A DNA stretch of 64,000 bases, from positions 1-64,000 of the IMG/VR virus record IMGVR_UViG_3300048834_000455; one strand, written 5' to 3'. The notes below the pieces were generated by a model. It was not told the DNA's origin and ran no database searches. It saw only the letters and a program-made list of their open reading frames with translations. Positions 9,878-17,570 of this stretch are shown here, piece after piece. The DNA comes from a virus. Position 1 is the first letter of the stretch, and each line of letters begins with the position of its first letter. The position numbers were made by a program, and so were the translations under genes.

Positions 9878-10747
9878 ATGGCTTTCCCGCTCTATGTCGG
9901 AAATCGACCCTTCGTCCCGGGATACGTGCACTGGACCGCCAATCGGCTGCCCCATCCCTGTCGGTTTGACCTTGGAGAATTTCTCGATAGGCTCGAGCGA
10001 TTCAACCTGGCCGGACTTGACCTCGACGAAGACGACCCGGACCTGCGCGGGGACCTGGGGACGCTTAATTTTGCAGAAACCTATGGACCACTTGGGCGGA
10101 TTTTGGTGACCGCCGACCAGTTCGCGGCAGTAGAAGACTTCGTTCCAAGCGAGCATCTCCAAGGTGATTTCCAGCGGCAGGCCCTGCGCAAATGGCTCGA
10201 TCCGAAGTACAGATTCGTCAGCAGCATGCCGTGGGAGGGGCCATTCTTTGAGCCTCGGAGAGACTGGGAACTAGAGTTAGCGGCGGTATCCTCGACCATC
10301 CTGCTATGGCGGCTGTGGGAAGACACTTCGGTTGACTTTGAGCGTCTCTTCGAGGACGTGCGAGCCCTTGACGAATATCCGGCCGACTTTGTTCTGCGCG
10401 CGGAGTCCTTGGGGGATGATCCTGAGGTTGTCGCGGCTAGCCGTCTTTTCAACCGTTTCGTGACTTCTGAAGACTATGATTCCGCCGAGATCCCCCAAGG
10501 AGACTGGCTTCCAAGCGAGCGCTCAAGGTTTTGGCGGGGTATCCTCTTTGGATTGATCGCCCGGCAGATCGATCAATTCCTTGAAGACCAAGTCTCCGCC
10601 AAGCTTCAGACTTCGCGAAGCCGCGACAGAAGCGCCCTCTCCTTTGTTGCGCCTAAGTCCTTCGCTGGCATCATCTGGATGTCGTTTCTGACGCGCAAAC
10701 CCTCGCCGTTACTGGGTGGCCATAAACGCGGTTTGTGGCCAATTTAA
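9878..10747 (+). CDS. Integrase-associated regulator-like protein, probably lacking its C-terminal Zn finger
   Basis: FAETYGPLG and PKSFAGIIW motifs parallel those of 18523..19578, but the ORF ends before the CxxC. Confidence 0.5.
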   Translation: MAFPLYVGNRPFVPGYVHWTANRLPHPCRFDLGEFLDRLERFNLAGLDLDEDDPDLRGDLGTLNFAETYGPLGRILVTADQFAAVEDFVPSEHLQGDFQRQALRKWLDPKYRFVSSMPWEGPFFEPRRDWELELAAVSSTILLWRLWEDTSVDFERLFEDVRALDEYPADFVLRAESLGDDPEVVAASRLFNRFVTSEDYDSAEIPQGDWLPSERSRFWRGILFGLIARQIDQFLEDQVSAKLQTSRSRDRSALSFVAPKSFAGIIWMSFLTRKPSPLLGGHKRGLWPI

Positions 10748-10796
10748 CTTCCTTCAACTTTGACGCCTCGGAAAGACGAGGAGAAAAGAGCGCACC

Positions 10797-11075
10797 ATGA
10801 GCCCTATCACCACCGAGTTAGACATTCACGCCGCAACCGACAGAGCGAAGGTCGAGGCCGGCTACCACGACGGCAAGCTCGACGCCGCCCTCGTGTTCAA
10901 GGCCAACGACGACACTGACGTGGTCGTGGGGGTTCGCCGCAAGATGCCGGCCGTGCAGGGCCAAGCCTGGGCCGGGTTCCTCGGGAACATCGGAGGCGCC
11001 GTGCAGGACGGCAAGCTCGACCTCACCGACGTGGCCAAGGTGGCCATGGGTAGCGACCTGGGAAAGCTCTTCTAG
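10797..11075 (+). CDS. Hypothetical late protein, with possible -1 frameshift extension to 11485
   Basis: GAGGAG RBS; internal DGKLD repeat; G GGA AAG at 11060-11066. Confidence 0.65.
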   Translation: MSPITTELDIHAATDRAKVEAGYHDGKLDAALVFKANDDTDVVVGVRRKMPAVQGQAWAGFLGNIGGAVQDGKLDLTDVAKVAMGSDLGKLF

Positions 11076-11489
11076 GCGAGATCGCGTCTCAGACCCTGGA
11101 GGCCGTCCTCGTTCCCGTTCTCGACAAGCTCCTTCCCGACCCTCCGCCCAAGCCCGGCAACCCCTTCGCCTCCCAGGTGCAGGACGAGACGGCGAGGCTG
11201 CAGGGCAGGGGCGACGGCAGCGAGAGGCCTGCAAACGAGGGCGACCTCTCGCCTGACCACGGCGAGCGGAGAGACCTCGCGCCCATCGTGGTGCCCGCCG
11301 CTCACGACGAGGGCGGGGACGCTGCCACCGAGACCACCGAGCTAGAGGCGGCACTCGACGCGACACCGGCCGCACGGTTCGAGCTTGAGACGCACCGGGG
11401 GATCGTAGGAAGCGAGGGCGAGTTTGCGCCGTTCCGCGGACTCGAAGACCTGCCAGCACCTGCGGTCGACCCCTGGCCGGACTAGTGCT

Positions 11490-11537
11490 GGCGTGGTAGG
11501 ATGGTGGCAACAGGTTCGACTCCTACCTGACTCGCCA
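11490..11537 (+). other. tRNA 3'-end remnant (T-loop, acceptor strand, CCA)
   Basis: AGG TTCGACT CCTAC CTGACTC G CCA has correct T-arm/acceptor spacing; no D or anticodon arm. Confidence 0.5.
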
Positions 11538-11566
11538 CTAAACGCAAGGGCTTCGGCCCATAGAAT

Positions 11567-11606
11567 GCAAAAAAGCCCCCGCCCTAACCGGCGGGGGCTT
11601 TTTTGC
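11567..11606. terminator. Bidirectional intrinsic terminator
   Basis: GCAAAAAAGCCCCCGCC-ctaacc-GGCGGGGGCTTTTTTGC between convergent operons. Confidence 0.92.
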
Positions 11607-11610
11607 GTCT

Positions 11611-12177
11611 CTAGGTGGTCTCAACCCACTCGGGCACTCCGTGCGGATAGATGGGGACGATAGCGGGCGATTTCGTGCGAGTCACTACCAAGCCGCCACC
11701 CATGCTCTCGATGTCGTCGGACATGGCGTCCATCCTGCGGTAGATGCCGTACTCCTCGCGAGTGGACTCAGCCTTCTCGACGTGCCACCCGTGGGGATTG
11801 TCGATCTTGCCGTCAGGGGCTCCCGCGACAATGGTGGGCCGCAGGAACTCGGCGTAGGTTTCGGGGACGAGAGCACCATCGCCGCGCCCGTCCAGCTTGT
11901 CGTAGCCGTGGGGCTCGCCGAGGAATTTGATTCGCTTCCAGCCCTCGGGCGCGTGAGCGTCAGTGGCCAGGGGTGCAGGGTGGGCGCACAACTCATAGTC
12001 GCCCACCAAGGCAACGCCCGAGTCAATCACGACTCCTGTCGTGCCGTTGATGTATCCAAGGGTTTTGGCCGGGGTCTCGAAAGCCGTCCAGTCCTCCAGG
12101 CGGGCACTGACTCCCGTGCCCAAGATGCGGGCGAGGATGGTCAGTTTCTGGCGGTGGAAATCTTTACGGGTGCTCAT
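11611..12177 (-). CDS. Hypothetical protein
   Basis: AGAGGGT RBS; phage-like codon use; ends at the terminator. Confidence 0.65.
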   Translation of the reverse strand: MSTRKDFHRQKLTILARILGTGVSARLEDWTAFETPAKTLGYINGTTGVVIDSGVALVGDYELCAHPAPLATDAHAPEGWKRIKFLGEPHGYDKLDGRGDGALVPETYAEFLRPTIVAGAPDGKIDNPHGWHVEKAESTREEYGIYRRMDAMSDDIESMGGGLVVTRTKSPAIVPIYPHGVPEWVETT

Positions 12178-12408
12178 TTAGGCCACCCTCTTTCGGCTGA
12201 CTTCGAGCAGTGTTTTCGGGGCGGCGTAGCGGGTCTTCACGTTGACGCTGTCGGCGCCGTACCACTGCTGGCGGCCCGCGCCGTCCACGGTCAGCACTAG
12301 GCCCTCTTGCTCGGCGACCACCCAGACGTGGGCGACGGTGCTAGGACCTGACTTGACCGGGCTGAATACGTGGGCGGTGGCTCTTGCGATTACTTGGGGG
12401 TTTCTCAT
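12178..12408 (-). CDS. Hypothetical protein
   Basis: AAAGGAGAA RBS behind a consensus promoter. Confidence 0.65.
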   Translation of the reverse strand: MRNPQVIARATAHVFSPVKSGPSTVAHVWVVAEQEGLVLTVDGAGRQQWYGADSVNVKTRYAAPKTLLEVSRKRVA

Positions 12409-12454
12409 CTTCGTTCTCCTTTGTTGTTGGCCGTTTGCGCTCGGCCTTGATACT

Positions 12455-12483
12455 GTTATATCACCGCGTTAACCCGGTGTCAA
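12455..12483 (-). promoter_or_regulatory. Sigma70 promoter with palindromic operator, copy 1
   Basis: TTGACA-ccgggttaacgcggtga(17)-TATAAC; contains CACCG-N8-CGGTG. Confidence 0.85.
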
Positions 12484-12842
12484 GCATATCTGTTTGCGAG
12501 TTTCTCTAGCTCTCGCTCCCACTGCTCCCGCCCGGCGACGCGAGAGGCCGCCTGGAGCCGCTCTTTGAGGCTCGGCGGCACTTTCACGGCCCACGCCACC
12601 CGCGCAACCCCGTCGCCGTTACGCTGCCACTCGCACCGGGTGCAGGTGCAGTCGGTGGGATGGCCGGACCCGGTGAGGCGAGAGATCTTTTCGTCGAGGG
12701 CTGTCAGGCGCTTGGTCAGCTTTTCGCGCTCTTTGCGGGCCAGCCGTGCCTCGGCGCTCTGGTCCGCTTCTGGGTGCTCGGGGATGGCCGCCAGCGCCTG
12801 GGCGGTCTCTCGTCGCTGCTGCTGGGTTTCGCGGAGGGTCAT
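12480..12842 (-). CDS. Coiled-coil/Zn protein with RHH-like C-terminus
   Basis: HPTDCTCTRC and WAVKVPPSLKERLQAA motifs. Confidence 0.55.
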   Translation of the reverse strand: MTLRETQQQRRETAQALAAIPEHPEADQSAEARLARKEREKLTKRLTALDEKISRLTGSGHPTDCTCTRCEWQRNGDGVARVAWAVKVPPSLKERLQAASRVAGREQWERELEKLANRYA

Positions 12843-13270
12843 AGCTGCTGCAGGGCCTCTCTGGCGCCGGGCGTCATGTAGTCAACACGGCGCTCTTTGG
12901 CGCTGGCCACAACGACGATCTGCCTGTTGGGCTCGATGTCGCGGCGGTAGATACCGAGCCCGCCGACGAAATCCAGCTCGCTCTGGGTGACGTAGCGGAC
13001 CTGCTGGCGCTCCACCTCGACCATGGCGGCTTCTCGCGCTTCATCGTCTGCTAGTTTGGCCAGGCGGTAGGTCGGCTCCACGCCCATCCTGACTGCCGCC
13101 TCCACGAAAGTCTCGCCGTCGAGTTTGCGGCCTATCCGTTCGACTGCGCGGAATCGGTCTTCGCTGTCGGGGTACTCCTCGAATCTCCAGAGGTCCCAGT
13201 CGTAGCCGCGACTGTCGCCAGGAGTGACGTCGTAGAATGCGTGATTCTCGTTGATTTTGCGTACTGCCAT
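12839..13270 (-). CDS. Hypothetical protein
   Basis: ATGA coupling; start refined to MAVRKIN. Confidence 0.55.
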   Translation of the reverse strand: MAVRKINENHAFYDVTPGDSRGYDWDLWRFEEYPDSEDRFRAVERIGRKLDGETFVEAAVRMGVEPTYRLAKLADDEAREAAMVEVERQQVRYVTQSELDFVGGLGIYRRDIEPNRQIVVVASAKERRVDYMTPGAREALQQL

Positions 13271-13316
13271 GATGAGAACTTCTTTCTGCGCGGATTGGCC
13301 CCCGCGCGGGCTGTGT

Positions 13317-13550
13317 CTAGAACCCCTCGTATTCCTCGAGGGCACATTTGGCGGCCAAGTCGGGCCGGCTCGCCAAGCACTCGGGGCAGACGTCATAGGG
13401 GTGAGGGTCGTTGCCAATGGTGTAGTGGCTCCAGCCAGCCTCGATGGCCGCGCTGTCGGCCTCCGCGTCGTCGGCCTTCGCCAGGTCCCGGCTCTCGGTG
13501 GTGCAACCTGGCGTGTCGCACGCCAGCCAGTGGAGGGAGCGGTCGGACAT
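13317..13550 (-). CDS. Small CxxxxC/CxxC Zn-binding protein
   Basis: LACDTPGC..AIEAGW..DVCPECL; TAATG coupling. Confidence 0.6.
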   Translation of the reverse strand: MSDRSLHWLACDTPGCTTESRDLAKADDAEADSAAIEAGWSHYTIGNDPHPYDVCPECLASRPDLAAKCALEEYEGF

Positions 13551-13825
13551 TAGACTCGAGCGCAAGCCGCGTCAAAGGCTTCGTTGAGAAGGCGACCAAT
13601 CTGATCTTTGGTTTCATCGTAAGCCTTGCAGGCCTCGTAACTGTCGCCCTCGCTAGGCTCGATCTCGATCTTGGTGTCGAGATAGCGATCGGCCACCTCG
13701 ACTGTGACTTCGGCGCCCTCATAGAAGGTGCCGACGATCTCTTCAGCGGTCTCGGCGTACAGGTCGGCTGGAACTCCGTCTAGGCCCTCGGTGCTGGTGG
13801 TGACGATAATTTTGGTGATGTTCAT
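13550..13825 (-). CDS. Small acidic hypothetical protein
   Basis: AAAGGAGAA RBS; first gene after a consensus promoter; D/E-rich. Confidence 0.7.
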   Translation of the reverse strand: MNITKIIVTTSTEGLDGVPADLYAETAEEIVGTFYEGAEVTVEVADRYLDTKIEIEPSEGDSYEACKAYDETKDQIGRLLNEAFDAACARV

Positions 13826-13872
13826 CTTGCGTTTCTCCTTTGCGTTTCGGGGTTTGCGCTCCCCGTGCTATA

Positions 13873-13901
13873 GTTATATCACCGCGTTAACTCGGTGTCA
13901 A
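13873..13901 (-). promoter_or_regulatory. Sigma70 promoter with palindromic operator, copy 2
   Basis: TTGACA-ccgagttaacgcggtga-TATAAC; 28/29 identical to copy 1. Confidence 0.85.
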
Positions 13902-13910
13902 CACCTGCGA

Positions 13911-14025
13911 GAAATAAAAGTGGCCGTCCCGATTTGCGCAAACAAAGGGCGGCCAACAAAGGAGCCGGGATTCACGCCCGGACGGGCTTTCGCTCCGCTC
14001 TCCGGGGAAGCTCGCCCCGAGGAGG
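13911..14025 (-). ncRNA. Candidate structured small RNA of about 115 nt
   Basis: Promoter TTGCCC-17-(TGG)TACGCT at 14059-14031, several hairpins, and a terminator TGGCCGCCC...GGGACGGCCA-CTTTTATTT. Confidence 0.5.
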
Positions 14026-14064
14026 GCTCTAGCGTACCACGGCGTGGCGGGGTGGGCAAGCGGG

Positions 14065-14244
14065 CTAGGCCTCCTCGTTGCGCTCGGCGGTCTCCTCAAC
14101 GTAGGCGTCCCAGTCGCGCTCGGTCCAGGAGGAACAGATGGCGCGAACTCTCTGCTCTACGGCCTGGGCCTGCTCTAGATCGCCCTTGGCTTCAAGTCTC
14201 TCGACCTGCCGAGCCAGCTTGTACACGGTATCAAAAGCCGTCAT
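14065..14244 (-). CDS. 59-aa hypothetical protein (not in the ORF track)
   Basis: GAAGGAGGAG RBS; MTAFDTVYKLARQVERLEAKGD... Confidence 0.6.
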   Translation of the reverse strand: MTAFDTVYKLARQVERLEAKGDLEQAQAVEQRVRAICSSWTERDWDAYVEETAERNEEA

Positions 14245-14677
14245 TGCTCTCCTCCTTCTGCTCGGCCTCTAGCCTAGCGGTCGCCGCCTCGTAAGGCAAA
14301 TTCTCGCGCAGGCAGTACAGCCCCGCCGCCAATCCCACCACCGCAAGCTCCAGCGTCTCCTGCGCGGTCCCCTCGGCGGTCACCCAGCGGCAGGTCGACC
14401 AGGTGGGGTGGTCGGTCGGGTAGATGCTCAGCGTCGCGTGGTCGTTCGTCTCATGTGCGGCCTTGATGCCGTCGACATCGCTCTCGACGTTCACCTGCTC
14501 GGCGATGTCGCGGAGCTGCCACAGGAAGGCGATGGCGGCCTTCTCCTCCTGCGCGATCTCGGGGTACATGTGGCGTTGCGTCCGGCAGCGGTCCGAGCGC
14601 TCTTGGACGCCGTCACTGGCGAGGTCGAGCAGGGTATCGAGCAGGTCTTTGAGGGTGGGGGCGGGGTCGGTGGTCAT
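14231..14677 (-). CDS. Hypothetical protein
   Basis: GGAGGT RBS; abuts dndB. Confidence 0.6.
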   Translation of the reverse strand: MTTDPAPTLKDLLDTLLDLASDGVQERSDRCRTQRHMYPEIAQEEKAAIAFLWQLRDIAEQVNVESDVDGIKAAHETNDHATLSIYPTDHPTWSTCRWVTAEGTAQETLELAVVGLAAGLYCLRENLPYEAATARLEAEQKEESNDGF

Positions 14678-15745
14678 CTAGCTCACCTCCAGCCCAAGGA
14701 CACCCTTGAGGTAGTTGGCCGTAGCCGTGACGTGAGCCGAGGTCTTCTGGACCACCCCACCGGTCAGCGCCTTGCCCTCCCAATGCGGGGCCGAGCGTAG
14801 CCAGTTGACGTCCTCGAGAGGCTGGAGTCGCCCCTCCCAGTCGCTGTGCTCCGAGACCAGAGCTTCGCCGGCCACTCCGAGAGCTTGCAGAGCCACGGCG
14901 TGAGCGTGAACGGTGTCTTGCCGAAGCTCGGCGCTCTGGACTTGGCCGAGGCGAGCGCGCGACCAATCGGGGATGCAGTTGCCGACCTCTTCCCAGAAGC
15001 GGTGAGCCAGAGCCGCCTGCTGCTTCGTTGGCGAACCCTTGCGGCCAATCCCGAGCAGAGCCTGCGTGGCCTGGTGGATCGCGCCGATGGTGAACAGCTT
15101 GCGACTGGCCTTGCCAATGCTGGGCTTCTCCATCTCGGTCAGCCCCCGGAAGGTCGGATTCCTGGTGGCTAGATCGCGGGCGAGGTCAGCCATGGCGTCG
15201 CGGTGATCATACAGCACACCGAGACTCTTGGCGGGCTTGGCGCCGTGGAAGTTCAGGTCCGAGAAGAGCTGCTGCGAACGCTTCAGGCCAGCGTCTATGA
15301 ACAGCACCACGGACAGGCTCTCGCTCGCCAACTCGGGCCGCTCCTTGATGGCGCGGATGATGGCCGCCCTTCGGTGCTGGCCGTCGTTGACGAGGATGGT
15401 GGCCGACATTGGCACGTGGAGAGTCCCAATGTTGTGGTTGCCCTCGCTGGCCTCGAACCGGACCTCGGCGGCGATGCTCGCGATGATGGGCGGGAGCACG
15501 TAGTCGTTGGCGTTGTCCACGAGATAGCGAGCAATCCCAGGCACTCGCGAGGGGTTGAGCACTCGTTGCGCCCGGAGCTCGGGGCTCAGCTCTTCCTCGT
15601 CAATCACGAGGATTCGGGGGATTAGCTGGAGCGGGCACATGATCGAGAAGTAGGAGCGACCGGCCTGGATGCCGCGCAGAGCTGCGAACGAGTAGGCCAT
15701 GGTTTCCACGCGGGGCGGGGTGGGTTTGGTTTGAGTCTTAGACAT
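14678..15745 (-). CDS. dndB: DndB-family DGQHR-domain protein
   Basis: ALRGIQAGR.YF..MCPL, PELRAQRVLN, NDGQHRRAAI, GLKRSQQLFSDLN, LYDHRD and SRKLFT motifs; AGAAAGGA RBS. Confidence 0.9.
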   Translation of the reverse strand: MSKTQTKPTPPRVETMAYSFAALRGIQAGRSYFSIMCPLQLIPRILVIDEEELSPELRAQRVLNPSRVPGIARYLVDNANDYVLPPIIASIAAEVRFEASEGNHNIGTLHVPMSATILVNDGQHRRAAIIRAIKERPELASESLSVVLFIDAGLKRSQQLFSDLNFHGAKPAKSLGVLYDHRDAMADLARDLATRNPTFRGLTEMEKPSIGKASRKLFTIGAIHQATQALLGIGRKGSPTKQQAALAHRFWEEVGNCIPDWSRARLGQVQSAELRQDTVHAHAVALQALGVAGEALVSEHSDWEGRLQPLEDVNWLRSAPHWEGKALTGGVVQKTSAHVTATANYLKGVLGLEVS

Positions 15746-15770
15746 GTGGTCCTTTCTATATAGAGGGGGG

Positions 15771-16118
15771 TCAAACTTCGTCTTCGGCCAGCGCCACAGG
15801 GTCCCAGCCAAGGTGATACTCGCCGAACCACTGCCCCACGTGCTCCACCCCATCCACACTCACCGTGAACTCGGTGTCGCCAGGGATCGCGAGGTCAGCG
15901 CAGATGGCCGCGTGAGCCGCCGTGGTGACCGCCTCGAGCTGGTCGGCGTTCAAATCGGCAAGGCGCAATGTGTCGAAGGTGACGGCGGCCTCGGTGGTCT
16001 GTGCGAAGGTTAGCTTCAGCCGGGTGTCGTCGGCCTCGCGGCACCCGCAGTCTCGCGCGTCGGCGAGGCAGTCTGGGCACTGGTGCTTCTTCAGGGGCTC
16101 TTGGTAGTCGCAGCGCAT
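15771..16118 (-). CDS. Hypothetical Cys-rich protein
   Basis: TGATG coupling; CPDC motif. Confidence 0.55.
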   Translation of the reverse strand: MRCDYQEPLKKHQCPDCLADARDCGCREADDTRLKLTFAQTTEAAVTFDTLRLADLNADQLEAVTTAAHAAICADLAIPGDTEFTVSVDGVEHVGQWFGEYHLGWDPVALAEDEV

Positions 16119-16384
16119 CAGATGTCACCCCAGCGGCTCAGCTCGTCGCCCACCTGTGACAGCTCGAGCCCGCGCAGGGAGAAGGAGCGGCTCACGAGGC
16201 AGCGGTTGCCGTTCTCGTGCTCGCAGTAGAGCCCGCGCCCGTTCGTCGCGGTGCGGTAGGTGGTGCGCGTGGAGACCGGCTCGCGGGTCACGGGGTGGCT
16301 GTAGGTGTGCACCCAGGTCCACTCCCAGCCGTGGGCGCCGTTGGGGCGGAGGTCGGAGATTCCAGTGGCGATGGTGGCGGTCAT
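16118..16384 (-). CDS. Hypothetical protein
   Basis: GAAAGGA RBS. Confidence 0.55.
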   Translation of the reverse strand: MTATIATGISDLRPNGAHGWEWTWVHTYSHPVTREPVSTRTTYRTATNGRGLYCEHENGNRCLVSRSFSLRGLELSQVGDELSRWGDI

Positions 16385-16433
16385 TTGCAGGGTCCTTTCT
16401 GCCCGGTTTGGGCGCCGGGCCGCCGTAGTGAGG

Positions 16434-16694
16434 TTAAGCGCCGAACCAAGTCTTGCGCCAGGCTGCATTGGCGGCTTCCTGTGCGCGGTCGGCCTGGTGC
16501 TCGGCGAGGATGGCGCGAGCCTCGTCCTCGGTGATGCCGAAGCGCTTGGCGCGGCTGGCGACCAGGGTGGGGCAAAGGGCGAGCTTGGCCGCCTCGAAGG
16601 CCTCGGAGTAGCTGAAGGCCGGGGCGGAAGCGACTTCGACGAAGCCGCCGTTCCCCAAGGTGTAGAAGCGTTCGGTGGTGGCGGTGGGGTTCAT
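16434..16694 (-). CDS. Hypothetical protein
   Basis: GAAGGAG RBS. Confidence 0.6.
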   Translation of the reverse strand: MNPTATTERFYTLGNGGFVEVASAPAFSYSEAFEAAKLALCPTLVASRAKRFGITEDEARAILAEHQADRAQEAANAAWRKTWFGA

Positions 16695-16741
16695 AGCGGG
16701 CTCCTTCTTGCCGGATTTGGGCTCCGGCTGGCCCTTAAAAT

Positions 16742-17017
16742 TTAGCGGTAGCTGTTAGCGATTTGGTTGAGCAGGTAGCGGTCGACGAGGCGCTGCAACG
16801 CCTCAACGGTGCGAGGGTTAAGGTTCGCCAACTCGACCCAAGCAAGCTGGCTGCACTCCGTAGCCCAGCCAAGGAAGCGCTCGGCGTGAGCGGCATGTAG
16901 AGGCTTGGGGAAGGTGGTCTCTACCCATCCATCCACCCAGCCGCCGTGAGACTTGGTGTTGACGCAGACGACGGCGCCCATAACTGTGATGGTGAAAGAG
17001 GTTTGAAAAACAGGCAC
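16742..17017 (-). CDS. Hypothetical protein
   Basis: AAGGAGG RBS before the GTG. Confidence 0.55.
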   Translation of the reverse strand: MPVFQTSFTITVMGAVVCVNTKSHGGWVDGWVETTFPKPLHAAHAERFLGWATECSQLAWVELANLNPRTVEALQRLVDRYLLNQIANSYR

Positions 17018-17234
17018 GGTGTGCCCTCCTTGGGTGGTGTAAGCGGCGAACCGCTTCTCTATGCTCGTCCTCGTAGGCGTCGAGCCTGCCCAGCGTTGCT
17101 AGCGCCTTGCGTGGCCCTTTGAAGCGGTTGCCCTCCGCTGTTCCCCTCGCGACTTACGGGGGAGCCCGTCCGGGCTAGCCCCTCCCGCGCGAACGGGGAG
17201 TCCCCGCCACCCGGCGGGTATGTTCTGCGAAACT

Positions 17235-17426
17235 TTAGAGGCTAGTGTGGAGGCCGGTGGCAGAGGTGAAGACTTCGCGGAGACTCTCTGCGTAAATGCC
17301 GGTGCTCTCGTTCACGACCCGGGCGTTGGCTCCGCGCATCGCGTAGAAGGCGACATCGTAGAGGTCGGCCGGCGTCAGGGTGATGACCACGGCGCGGATG
17401 CCATCCTTCGCGAAACCGTTGACTTT
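17235..17426 (-). pseudogene. 3' half of a conserved phage protein, 5' end lost
   Basis: Frame reads NGFAKDGIRAVVITLTPADLYDVAF..GIYAESLREVFTSATGLHTSL*, with an in-frame TGA at 17427-29 and no RBS. Confidence 0.65.
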
Positions 17427-17570
17427 TCACTCTGCAAAAAGGTAGGAAGCAGAAAGCCCGTAAAACCAGGGTTTCTCTGCAGGCACTGGCCCGGGCTGGC
17501 CCTTTTTGCAGTTCGTACTTTTCGCTCGCTGCAAGAAGGCAGGTCGCGAAAAACCTGACTAACCCTAGCC

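Larger units (their letters stand above)
6390..10700. mobile_element. Satellite/PICI-like fragment A, truncated at both ends (boundaries approximate)
   Basis: Primase-DUF3987, SpoVG-like and Xis-like genes on the minus strand plus a divergent regulator interrupt the plus-strand late operon. No integrase is present. Confidence 0.65.

Noticed and set aside
12461-12470. TATCACCGC similarity to lambda operators
   Set aside because: Only a half-site matches and the palindrome spacing differs; likely coincidence.
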